From positions 62,001-126,000 of the forward strand of contig KZ538043.1 of NCBI GenBank assembly GCA_000934665.2: a stretch of DNA of 64,000 bases, given 5' to 3'. Each line of letters opens with the position of its first letter. The first letter of the stretch is position 1. The position numbers and the translations under genes were made by a program. Shown here one piece after another: positions 51,501 through 64,000 of this stretch. A model generated the notes under the pieces. It was not told where the DNA came from, searched no databases, and was given only the letters and a program-made list of their open reading frames with translations. Source of the DNA: Catajapyx aquilonaris (taxonomy: Eukaryota).

Positions 51501-54500
51501 CTGATTATTCCCACGGAATTGCAGGTATCTTACACCTGTCAGTCTTCGTGGAAAAATTGCGAGCTTGATTGCAGATGATAACATATATACGACATAAACG
51601 TGTGTACGGGGTGGAAAAATTGGACACAAAAATTTGCATTTTATGTGCATCTAAATCCAACTGACGGCATTTGGTTAGTGTGTCCCATAAAATTACGGCC
51701 GTTCCCTCCCGAAAACGAAACCCAAAATGGACTTTATATCCCCCCCCTCTATGGAAATGAAAAAAAATAAGACGCCGGTTGTCTTCATCACCATTACAGA
51801 AGTCCGTGATATCTTTCTCGCACCCCCCGAGTCATTCTTTTCTTCTGCCATACCATGAATTTCATAAGCAGATCCCCAAAACAACTCATAAAAACCAGTC
51901 CCTACCATTTTTGTCATTTTCTTCCCTTTATATTCGCGGTTTTATTTTGCGCTCCTACTGGGGGCTCAAACTGAAAATAAAAAATATATATTATAAAAAG
52001 AGCGGGAAATTTGAGCAGGCTGGTGGGATATTCCTCCTGTAAACCTCCTTCATAACACGCTACAGAGTGAGTTCTTGCAGCATTACTTCTTGTAGGGCGA
52101 ACCCATTCCCTGGCACATAACAGACTGTGGAATGATGAATGCGATGTAATATTCCAGTGGCAGTGGGGGCTGGAATGGAAAAGTTAGGGAGGGGGAGGGT
52201 GGAGGGGCGGTTGTTCCTTCCTTCAACCTAATTGTCTGTAAATCTGTTGAATTGTTTATGACGGAAGTTGATGTCCATGCATAGATGCCGTCTCCCTTTA
52301 TTGGCTCTGTCAGACAGTGGTTATTAGGCGATATTTCAGGGAAGCAGCTGCGACTGATGGTTTGCCAGCTCCTAACATTAGTACCACCCTTTGTAGCTTT
52401 TCGGGGAAGAAAACCCCTCGTTTATAAACAGCCAGGGCTGGGTCAAGTAGAAAGGGGGTGTCAGAAGGCAAAGGGGAGGGTCATGCATGCTAAGAGGTCC
52501 CTAAAAGTTTGGGCCCCCCCGGGATTAATTAGATCACAGGCTAATGGGAGCGACCCAGGACAAACGTCATCGCAATATTGTGTGCCAATGTTTCAGCATT
52601 ACAGAACCGGGGTGCGCCTGGTTGACGTTATAGGACGATACACCCTGGAGGCCATTAGGGGCAGAGTTCATAATGGTAGAAGGGGGGGGGGGGGGTAACG
52701 CCATAAAGACATCTGCAAGGAAATATCGCATCTTGAAAAGCCTCCCGGCTCTGAGAGGGGGGGCCTGATTATGAATGATATATGCCCGACGTGCACCTTG
52801 GGGAAAGTGTCCCATTTGGAATGGTTACTGCACCAAAATAAAATTGAGTAATTGTCGCTAATTGTAAGGATCACTCGTTATGCCCGGGGAGCGCTAAAGG
52901 ATCTTACTGGGGGGCGACTTCTCGTCGGATCGTTATAAGCTTAATTAGATAGGGGTGGGCGGCAATTGCGCGGAATGGGAATTAATTTTTATGCAGATTT
53001 ATGGAAGGGTGCCTTCAAATAAGGCTCATATCTGTTCTAGTCAATTACTGGTCATTGACTCGTGTGATTTTGTTTGGGAGGGGCTACAAAAGCACATATT
53101 TTAGCAGAATTTATCAAAAATATTAGCTCCTAATAGGCTTATTCTCTCCGTGTGATGTTTGTCAGGCTTGATATATCGCACGACCTGAGGGTGGCAGGAG
53201 TGTGCAGATGGAATACGCGCCATCTATGAGTGAAAAGTAGTACTTCGTGGTAAATCGGCGTGCGTTGTCATACTGGTTTTGCCAAATTTTGAGTAATAGA
53301 CACCATAATTAGTGCTGGTTAACTTTTAGCATCATATCGATGGTGTTGCACCGGTTATTCAGATACGGTGCGCGCCACATGTTCTTGTGCGGAAGTTGCC
53401 CTTTTCAGGTCAGAGTCCCGGCAGAAGTGCAAAACTGTGTGTATGGACCCTGGGGTTGGTTTATATAGGAGCGCAGTGTCCAAGGAGCAGTTCCGGGCAA
53501 GGCCTATGTCCGTGGGAAGGTTGCGTGTCGGCAGCAGCGATGCCTCCTAGATCCAAGACAGATTAAAGCCTTTGCCCCTCCTTCTCTTTTCTCCTCCACG
53601 CGACTTTCCTTTTCGCAACTCCATATACCCCTGTGGACGGACTTTGCATGCACCTGAATATGCCTCCTTTTTGGTGGGGTGGTTGGGAGAGGTGGAGAGG
53701 GGGGGGACTTCACTTCCGGAGGCCGCAGAATTTCCGTCCCGGAGTCCCGAGGCTTTGGTCTGGACGCGCCTGGCCAGCCCCGGATAGCTTGTCCGGAAGC
53801 ACGAAAAGGCATGGCCTGCCGGATTTTGGACTGGACGCTCGAGGGAAGTTGCCTTGTGTCATGCATCATGCCTTTGTTCTCTCCTTGCGAAGCTACTCTT
53901 TTCAACTGAGGGGGCCAATTCGCGGAAAGGAGCTGGGGGAATAAGGTGGGGGGCTTGCATATTATTGACACCTTATTCAGAGCATGGTAGAGGGTGTACA
54001 GGGTGATAGGAAAATAAGTCGGAGATTCTGCCAGCAACCAGTGAAATTGGAAGCAAACTGTTGGAACATGCTACAGTAAATATATCAAAGGCTTAGCAAA
54101 ATTTCAATAAATTCAATTGATATTACAAATAATCTGACAAGAAAACCAGACACCAGTTTTCTGCAGTGCCTCTGAATTTGTGTAGACTTGATCAAACAAG
54201 GTAAGGTTTCACAACCTTCAGGTGCAGATCATAATCTTTACGGTCCTGTACTACGGTATATAATTTACTGCGACCAAATCGTGCATATTGATGCAACGGG
54301 CCTGGCTGGAAATACCCATGCTTCAAGTTGAGAATTAGCAAGAAGAAGGACCGCCTACACGTTCTGGCGATTGTCGATAATTCATTATGAATCAGGTGTT
54401 ACTGCTTTCCTTTTAAATTATGCCTGAAACAAAAATTGAATTTTTATTATATATCATTGATTTATTATTAAACCTAAATACCGGCAGCTAAATATTGTTG

Positions 54501-56642
54501 AAATTTTTACTCATCAAAAAAAATTTACAAGAATTTTCATTGATACGTCAACATTCTTTGTCTGAACTACAAACTTTCAAACTTTGTAACCAATCCAGTT
54601 CAAACTTTCCCCACGCTTCCGCAGTACAGTATGTGCCGAGCAATTTTGCCCCTTCAGATAATAAACATGTGGTTGGAGCAAAAACCGTTAAGTTATAGTG
54701 TCTCTCATGTAGGTAGGGGCTGTGATTGCGTGCTGCACATGTCGTGTTCCAAGTGCTCCTTCACAACCCACCGTCACCACCCCTCTGCCCCCATCATTCT
54801 GCTAAGGTACTCGGGGTCGCAATGTGTAGGTTAGGGCAAATTAGACAAGTACAGTATAATTTTGTAATTTTGTGAATGGCGGTGCTGGCGGGAACCACGT
54901 ACCACAAAGGTGGGGATGTAATGCTACCAAGGTTTGGTTTGCCAAATAAAAAAAAAGAGTAACCAACCCTGCAGTTATCTCTTCTATTAATCATTCCTAT
55001 ATAGCAAGGCAAGGGTTGGATATTTTGGGTTCCAGCAGCCACTCTCCAATCACAGCCCCCAATTAAGATATTCTTAATCCAAATTAAAGGGTGCTTCCCC
55101 CAGATAATTAATACACTTCTCCATCAATCTCGTTTATTATTTTCATGGGGGGGGAACTGAAAGGGGAAAGGGGGGTTAGATGGAAGTGAGAGGTATGGAT
55201 CACCCCCCCTCTTTCGCCTCCCACACACCCTTTCGACCCCCCTGTAATTAAATTTTTATTGTGACGATTAACCCCGGGTCGCAACATTGTCCATTAGCAG
55301 GCGCATCGATTGGCGTCCAAAGGCTTTGAAGCGCGCTGGCTCGGAACGTTTCAAGCCCCCCTGTACACCCCACTGGAAATCTAAAAAAAAGGAATGGTTG
55401 AAACAATTCTCACCCTCCAGCTGATGCGAGAAAGAAAATCCGAATTAATATTTTCTGGCCGCTGAGGGCTTGTCTTTCAAGCCGCATGGATCGCATTTGC
55501 ATAAGCTTAAAAAAACCAGGCCCGGAAAGTCAAAGCCTATCAAACACCACAGAATTGATTTACATGTTTGTTGGCTGGAAAGGGAGGGAGTCCAGTGGCC
55601 AGCTATATTTGCCTCCTTGCAACAAAAGGGGTAGTGTAACACACTGAGGGGGATTAGGAAGTGGAAAAATTAAGCCGTCTCTTTTTGTTGCGCATATAAT
55701 AGAATCAGGGAAGGGCCATAACTCGCATTTGTCATCAGTCCAGTCGATTATGGGCGAAAGGGTTTGTCCAGGCAGAAGTCAGACCGATTGTTGAGAGGCG
55801 AATAAGCAACGCCCCTGCATCTGTTGCCTGTCACCCTGCAGTAGAAAAAAAAGTGTGTGGGGGTCCCAAATATGGCGGCGTAGATGGCGCGCAGGATGGC
55901 GTGGCCACGCGTTCAGATTGGGAGCAGATTATTTGCTTCCAGCAAAACCACAGACCATCTCGAGCCCTGTCTGGCTGCAAAACTGCCAGAACGATAAGGC
56001 CATTGTGAACGCTGGCGTGGTTTATCAATACGACCGTTTTGTGGCCGATGATTTGACTATTAATATTCCTCCACTTTACGGCCTGGGCCTGGGCATTTCA
56101 TAATGAAAGCCTTGTTGGGGTCGGATCCCATTGTGGTAGAGGTCAGAGGCTGGCCAAGGGTTTAGTGCAGGCAGTAAAACCGGAGTCAGGTGGACTGGTA
56201 ACCCCTTGAGACCCCCAGCAGCAGACTTGGGACTGTTTCCAACCTCCAGGGGTCCGCAATAGCCCCCAACGATTAGATTATGGCAAAGTCAAGAGAGCGG
56301 AAGTGAAAGATGAGATCCCCGGTGGGAAACAATGGAAAAAGGGACGGTCCATGTTGCACCAAAAACTTGTTGGTGGCAGATGGGCCGCATCAATTACTGA
56401 AAATGAAGTTGGGCAGCAAGAATCCGGAGATGAAATGGTTTCTGTCATGCGCAGCATCCACAGAAAAGGCCCGCCATTAATCTTCATACCCAAAATGACA
56501 GTAATCTCTGGTCAACAATGACAAACAATAATGTTTGAACCAGATATGACAAACAATAATCATTCGTCAAACCTGCCCAATACTATTTGAAGGGGGAAAA
56601 ATGGAGAATGACAGCCTAGAATGAGAAATGCACTGTATTATA

Positions 56643-56721
56643 CAGCAAGTACTCGACTTACGTAAGTGGGTCGATCCGCAATATTGTACGTAAGTCGAGT
56701 TTTACGTAACTCGGAACTTGC
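56643..56721. mobile_element. Probable end of a pogo/Tigger-like MITE with a subterminal palindrome
   Basis: TA|CAGCAAGTACTCGACTTACGTA; ACTCGACTTACGTA (56651-56664) is perfectly inverted at 56687-56700, followed by a degenerate third copy TTACGTAACTCG. The opposite terminus was not found. Confidence 0.5.
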
Positions 56722-59700
56722 TTTTTTAACGGTTTTTTGAAGGCTGTTACTTGTTCTGCACCTGTAATGTTGATATAAATCCGGAATAAAAATTTTCGGT
56801 GAAGATAACGTCAGATAATAATAACGTTGCTTACGTCAGATGTACAGTTCCTCCATTTTCGAATAAAGACAGAGAAGATAATGCAGTTTTTTTGGCCAAC
56901 CTACAGGTGATTATAGCACTTCAGGCACAAATTGAAAGGGAATCGCCAATAGCCCGGATCAATTTCAACCTTTCCCCACACCCCTATCTGATGTTTGTCC
57001 AGATACGTGTTATCTCCTCGAGTCTTTTGCCTTGCTATATCCTGAGAAACGTCATGTGGTCCGGATCTACTCCCGGCACTTTGGCAAGATGACATGACTC
57101 GAATCAATTTGCTTGGATGTCGACAAGTGAGCTCATCCAGGTGCTACTCTCTCAAGCCTCTCTTTCCCCCCACACACACCCAACCATGAGGTGAAAAGTG
57201 TCAAGTGCTTTTCAAAGGCGATATCGACTCAATTACACATCCGCCATCTTGGCTTTATTATCGCTCGAACAAATGACCAATGTTATCCACACGCCTTGAA
57301 CCCAGGACTATACATCCTGCAAGTGCATCCAAAGCCATTGTTTCAGAGTGATGCATAGTTATAGAGTTAGAGAGAGAAAAAAATATTAGCAGGTGGTAAG
57401 CACCAGCTGTCTCGTTCGAAACTCAAGCAGACGTGTATGATATCTGGGCGGGCCGTAATACATGATGTGTGTGAGAATGCATTCAGGGATGGTTGCTTTC
57501 TGATACCCAACCTCCATTTCACCGAACGTGTTTCCGCAATCAATAGAAGCAGAGATATCGAGTGACTGAGCAAAGCTTGGGGGGTCCTCAGGTTTCTCTT
57601 CCTCCTTTCAATCTTCTCAGGATATTCTCTGACGTGGATGAAGGTTGAAAGAAACCGACGCTCTCATGTAAAAAAAATTATCTACAAAATGTTTGAATTG
57701 GATGGTACTTTCACCAAAAAATTGGCGAAAAATTTTCCGATCGGCCAGTCCAAAAAATGACGTTTTCTCTCCCCATTTTCACTGCTATTCCTCTCCCCAC
57801 ACCCACACCCTAGCTTCCTCTGGATGGTCGCTCGGAGGTAATGGATTGCCTCGGGATCCAGCTTCTATAAAGCACATCATCCACACTTGGTTGAGTCGCG
57901 GGTTTGCACTGGGACCACTTTTTTTTCTTTCCTTTCTTGCGCTCTTTTTCTCTCTTTCTGGCAGCCATCAAGGGAGGGGAAATAGAGTTGAAAAAACTTT
58001 TTTTCTCACTCCTCCCACCCCCTCCCTCTGACTAGTTTTTGGCGATGGCAGAGTCACGGAGCGGTGAGGATTTGTAAAAAAAAAAAAAGTTAAAAGATCT
58101 GAAGGGGGTGGTCCTCTTAAGGGAGGAGTTTCCTGGCTCAACCACGGACTAATTATGACGAAGAGAAGTTTAAAAGCTTTTTTGAGTTCTTGTTGGGATT
58201 CTCTTTTTTTTTCAAACTCCCCTCCCCCTCCCTACCACCCCCTTCTACCCCCCGGAAATTTCACACCCTACATGTAAATTTTGAGAGAAAAAGGAGTAAG
58301 CGTCAGTGTATAAGAGGAGAAGGAGGGGGGAGGGGGGGTTATGGGATTTTTTGGTAGGTCGCCTCAGAAGTGCCGATCTTTTCATCAAAGTTTGAAAACC
58401 TCTTTTCAAAAAATTTACTCTCCATGACTTTAATGATAGGCGTATCACCAACGCCACTTTTGAATACCATATTTTTTTCATACACAACTCCCTCCCCCTT
58501 TTGGTCTTGGGGTGGCGAAAGTAGGATTAAGCAGCTTCCAAATCTCGTAAAAGCTGTCCGAATAACCGTCAAAGGAGACAACCCTATTTCAAAAGGGAAG
58601 GGTCATATCCGGGGGATGTTGATGGGAAAATAGGTAGCGATCCCGTATATGTATAAATGTCCCTCCTGACCACCTTTGCAAGTCCCTAACCTAGGTTGTA
58701 TCGAACAGTCTAATCTGCTTAAGTTCTGTTCCGCAAGGCTACCCCCGCTGGCAAACCAGAAATCCGGACTTCGTAAAGGAAGAGAGAGAGGGGAAAAAAA
58801 GGTAGAGCCTTCACACTTTGCCACCAAAAGTCTATTCAGAAGGAACGATGAATAGATCTATTCTGTTTGTTGCTTCTTAGGTCCGTCCATCTATATTGGA
58901 CTTGTTTGGCTCGAGCTGACGTTCCTACAGGAACAATCGGGACAGGGTTAGGAGTGGTAAATATGAAAACAGATGGGGAGAAAATAGACCATTACTTTTC
59001 TGGTAAAGTGTGTGTGACAATGGACGTTTAACCTTGCTGGCTTGTCAGGTACGATTAATTGAATGCTGAAAAGGTGCTCGATGCCACCCGTAGTGGAAAA
59101 AGGATCAACAATTTTGATGTATGGATGAGCTCTGTATATGGTAGCCTACAATTTTTCACAGGGTGTTCCAAAAAAAATCGTGGGCCATTTAAAAAAAATA
59201 GCTGATTTCGCCTGATAGCAGTTATTTTTGTGCAGCTTGTTGTGTCCCGATCCAGCTAATATAGTTATTAATTTTGATAAAAAAATGCACAGCAATTCCT
59301 GCATTCTTGTAGCACACCTGGGCTAAATATAATTCCAATAAATGAAACGTGTCTTTTTAAATTATTCATCCGGATCATCACCTGACGTTAGACAATAGAA
59401 AGCGTTGCCCAATAATCATTTCCCATCATTCCGGCTGGCATGATTCGATGAAAAGAGCGAGGCATCCAGCTCATGCCACCGCATTTCGATTGAGACGTCC
59501 CCGGATTTAGGACACCTCGGGACAGTAGCCCAGTCTAGCTGAAAAACCAGGGGGGGACCCGCGGACCCTACCCAGAAAAGAACGGGACATTAAATGGCTG
59601 TATCTGTTACCTGAAATCTCTTTCACACTTGGCTCAATGGGATTTTTTTACAGCTGGCCTGCTCCGAACGAGATCCACAGCTCAGACCTAGGGTTTCGGT

Positions 59701-62700
59701 GTTGGCTTCCCTCCCCATCAGAACCCCCCCCTTACTAGGATAAAGATGTTGCTTTTCACGTTTCAGTCCAAAAGGACCAAAGAAGATGTGTCGTTTGGTG
59801 GGAAATAGAGACGTCCCCCGAGATGGCTTTTCGCGTTAGGGTCGCGCTTGTCTCAAAAGGAGAGACCCGGCGGGGGATCTGGGGCACATTGTTGCCTGAT
59901 GGATTTTTGTAGTGGAGCTATGTGCTACCCTGTGCAGACGAGAATCTATCGGGAACATATCACTTTACACACAATATGAAAACTGGGCATTGAAATTGAC
60001 CGCTTTTGTTATACGGTACACAATGAAAGGTTGCGCGGGTTAACATCAAAATCGGTGCAGACAATATGTTATCTTGGGTGCAGAGTGAGCGACAATGTCA
60101 AATGGAGCTAGGACTAAAGGATGTTGCATAACGTCAGTGATGGGACTCTGAGTCAGTCGACTTGTGTATTATCTACTTCGTAGCAGCGACAGTCCTATCT
60201 GGCTCGGTTTAACGGCGTATTTTATTATTATCAATGCATAATAACAGGCTTATGTCATAGGCCTCACCTGGCAGTCAGACATTTTGTGACAACATGCAGT
60301 GATTCCAGATGGACTCATATAAGCTGGTATGTACGCCTAATTGCATTTACCAACAAATAATGTAATGAACATGTCCGAATCCGATCAAAATTTGCCCCCA
60401 TGTTGCCAGCAGCAACTTGGCAACAAAGCACTGTCATCCTCCTGTCAGTGAGATTGTCACCATTGAACAGAAGTGTTGTGCAGGCAACAACCGAGTTGAA
60501 AACCCATGAAGGAACTCTGGGGGATCGTGGGATCCCCCCCTTTTGTGCCCATGTCCCATCCGCACCTGGTCACCACCACTGGGTGTCCAAAAAACACTCT
60601 CTGTCGACCCACCAGACGTGACATGTACACCCATGATGCTCGACCACTTTGGACGCCCCTGGATAAACCCATTGAAAGACAAGGCAGGGATTTGGGGGGG
60701 TCTCCTCCGCCATTGTTGGGTTTCATTGGAGGCGCGCTGCCGTGTAATGTTATTCAAGCTGAGGATGAGCCCGGTGGAATGTCTTCGGTCTTTTATCTGG
60801 CTTGCATGCTTCAACGGGTCCTGATCCGCAGATAAAAGCGGGTCAGGAAATGTGATGGCGGCAGATGTCTTCATACAGATCATATGGCCCCGTCCAAAAA
60901 AAATGGATTATACAAGACGGATACAGCCTCCGAATCCACTATTTTTTTTTTGCATATAGCTGATGATGCACCCTGTACCATGCCGCCCACGTGGATACAG
61001 TACTCGATGTACACGTTCATGATCTCGTGCTCCAGAAAATAGTTTCGGCATGCCAGTTGCGTGACACAACATCACTGACCTACAATGAGCAGGCAGTGAG
61101 TAGGGGCTACCCCCATTCATTGAGTTTTTTTTATATAATTCAACTGAATTTGGTCCACCCTCCTAAATTCAGAGGGTGGTTATTGGAGAAAGGCAAAACA
61201 ACCTGGTTTGGAATCGATCATTTAGATGCCGCCACGTGCGGTAGTTCGCCAACCTGGCTACTTGGGGAACTCTTTTCAGGGCTTGTGGGCAACCCCTGCA
61301 CAAAGCGACATCTGAGTCGCGGGGTCTGAACTACCTACAGACCTTAGGCCTGTTTGTCCGGGCCTTTTTTTTTTTTTTTTTTTTTTGGAGAATGACAATA
61401 CCGGTACTGAATAATCACATTGTTGGGATTGTTAAATATTTGGATGAGGAAACAACAATTAGTGTGACGAACATGTTCAAACGAGCTCAATTTGAACAAT
61501 CGTTCAATTTCGTTTAAGCTGAACAATATATTTTTTTTCGACAGTTCAAGCTAAGTCCAGTAGCCTACATGCTGTACAGTGAGGTGTGATAATGGTTATT
61601 GCCTGATAGGTTTCGGAAATCGATGGGCGGATCACTAAAGTGTGGGGCTGGAGTGTTATAATGACAATTTGACGCCACATGACCGCATCTCCGTCGCTGT
61701 CACCAAATGACATCCGATATTGTCCCCCCTCGATGATTCCGCTCAGGAAGTGGCTCAGGAAGTGCTGGGAACTGCATTAGGAAAAGATCATTTTGCGGCC
61801 TTTTTTTGTGTATGTTCCTCCGGGGTGTCGGGGGTGGATATGGGGGGGTTACATTATTGAACTTTTATTGAATTTTTTTTTTGGTACAAGTTTTCAGGAA
61901 GCTTCCTGGCCTGCCAATTCTACGCATTAATGACTACGCTTCCGCTATCAATCGATTCCTATGCTTCAATATTGATCCATAATCCACATTGTATACACAC
62001 TGGCAATTTTGTCCATCATGCTTACAATTGACATTTATTGCGATGACATTATTTTTTTTTTTTACAAAATTTCAAATTTTTCTCCTGGTACCTCTTGGGT
62101 CTCTCGACATCTCCATCACGTATGTGAGGATGCCAACAGAGTTCCCGTGAGTGGCGATGGTGGTTAGATCCCGAGAGTGGGTGGGTGGGTGGTTAGGATG
62201 GAGGGACAGGAGAGGAGGGAGAGAGTAGGTTCTATATAGGCGACAAGGGCGCCCCCATAGAGGATCGGGCGCGCATTATCAGTGGGAGCCGCTCGGTTGG
62301 CCAAGCGGAACCACTTAGTAGCTGCGGCACATCCAATGAAATGCCCTACGATGCTATGGGAGGGATTGGCTCTCTCTGCTCTCACTCTCTCACAGTCTCT
62401 CTCAGAGACTCATCTCAGATCCTCCCCAATGCACTTTAGCCAGAGAGGGAGAGACTTTTTATAGATATACCGCTCATGGACTATATACAGACGCCATTTT
62501 GGTGGGAAGAAAGATGGGGGAGCTGTATCTGCTGAAATATTCTGCTAGCATGTGACAAATATTTAATGAGCTTCACATAACGTAATTATGTAGTTACGCA
62601 ACGATGCGAGCCAAGGTTCATGAAAATGGTGCTATCAAAAAATACACATTTCCCGGAACTGTAGCAGGTCAGAGATGATAGCAAATCTTCTTTTCCCGGA

Positions 62701-64000
62701 TGGCACCATCGGGACAACCCGTTTCTGTTTGGATACAACTCATTACAGCGATTAGTATATGAAACCGGCAGTTGGCGACTTGTGTAATTAGCTTCCATAT
62801 CTGGCAACATGGGCCACGTTTTTTTTTTGTGTCGAACCAGCCGTCAATCGCATTGGAGGGATTGACGTGGGAAAATAGAAGCAGTAACCTTCGATGGACA
62901 AAAAAATATATAGCCCAACTTTTATTAACTGACTCCTTTTGTAAAACTGCCGACGTCAGTCTTTGTTGGGAAAAAATTGGACCAAGAAGTGCCCCCACAA
63001 AAAATGGTTCCTTAGTTCCTCTCGTATCATGGATGTGCATAATCTATGGCTTGGCAGTCGATAGTCGATGTCAGCCGATGTAACACCGAAATTACGCCAG
63101 TTTGACAGTCGTTTTATGACCGCAGCATAGATTGAAGTATAAGCTCTATTTTCACGTCACCAATAGAAAAAGTACTGCTTATCAAAAGTGAAGTGCGCAG
63201 TACAACCCGCATTGCCATAAGAGAAAATCACGGTTTTGCAATAAACGTACCGTAATCAATATTAGACATACGATGTCCTCGTACATTCCAAACACCCCCA
63301 AGGTTTTGTCCTCCCAGATAATTTTTCAAGCGAGAAGCCTGAAAGAAAAGTCAAACATGCAAGTTTTTTTTGAGGGGGTAGGAGGGGGGCCAAGTCATTT
63401 ACTTCCAAGAGTTTTTGAGAGAAGAGGGGAAAAAGAAGGGGAGTCCTATGCGGAAACTCAAACTGTGTAGAGTTTTGTTCCCGAGGTAGAAGGTTCAGAA
63501 AAGGAAGGGGGGGAGGAGAATGGAGGAGAAAAGGGGGTGCTGGAGACTTTATTAATGGTTCGCTTGCTTTAATTACGTCTATTTGGGGAGGGGGGTAAAG
63601 AAGCCTCGGGGCTTTTTCCGAGGTTTCTAGCGTGGTATATTTTGGTGGGGAATACTCCACTGTGCCATCATGTCATCAAGCAATAAATTATTAGGCAGCA
63701 ATTTTAGTCTTATGTTTAAAAAGTTTGAAACAAGCATGTCCTGCTGGGGATTTACAACCATTAACACTCTATCAAGGTGAATATTTTTTTCCTATTAATT
63801 ATGAGCTTGCTGGAGTTCTAGTGGTTTTCGTACACTGTTTATGCATAGTACACATATAATGCAAAGAAAAAATGAAATTAATTGGAATTGACATGACTGC
63901 ATGAAAAACTTGTGTTAAATAATAAATTGTAGGTTTACAAAATTGCTGTTATGTAGTGATGAAACGCCTAGCAACAACAGAACGTTATTTTCCTTTTGCA

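Noticed and set aside
10320..53518. Su(H)/CSL sites (YGTGGGAA) scattered through the locus
   Set aside because: About ten were noticed, close to chance expectation for a degenerate 8-mer on both strands of 64 kb, with no paired-site arrangement.
35474..54037. Longest remaining ORFs (177 aa at 35474, 42906 and 53504, minus strand) and the other short ORFs in the track
   Set aside because: No recognisable domains, compositions driven by homopolymer runs, and no coherent splice structure.
54269..54331. VHIDATGLAGN as the next PR-domain exon
   Set aside because: It lacks the W.KY/RY motif, reaches a stop within a few codons and has no suitable phase-0 acceptor.
56518..56560. 15-bp direct repeat ATGACAAACAATAAT as a TSD
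   Set aside because: The copies are only 13 bp apart; this is a local duplication with no element between them.

Overview
Eukaryotic (bilaterian invertebrate, probably arthropod-like) genomic DNA, almost entirely non-coding. The only convincing coding feature is one 473-nt internal exon (48047-48519, +) encoding a Thr-rich linker and the first half of a PR/SET domain of the Prdm3/16 (MECOM/PRDM16/hamlet) family, with canonical splice sites. No upstream exon and no second PR exon could be recognised, so most of the window is probably large introns or regulatory landscape. The non-coding DNA carries a tRNA-derived SINE with a perfect 16-bp TSD, a CACTG-terminus (EnSpm/CMC-like) non-autonomous element holding a two-block minisatellite, two copies of a Sola-like MITE (GAGG...CCTC, AATT TSD), two Tc1/mariner-type MITEs, smaller TIR/hairpin elements, microsatellites and a dense orphan promoter-like motif cluster at about 8.5-8.9 kb. 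The most unusual pattern, judged by eye only, is a roughly 1-1.3 kb alternation of G/C-run-rich blocks and AT-rich blocks across the whole window, with the recognisable transposons lying in the AT-rich blocks. Nearly all ORFs in the supplied track look spurious.
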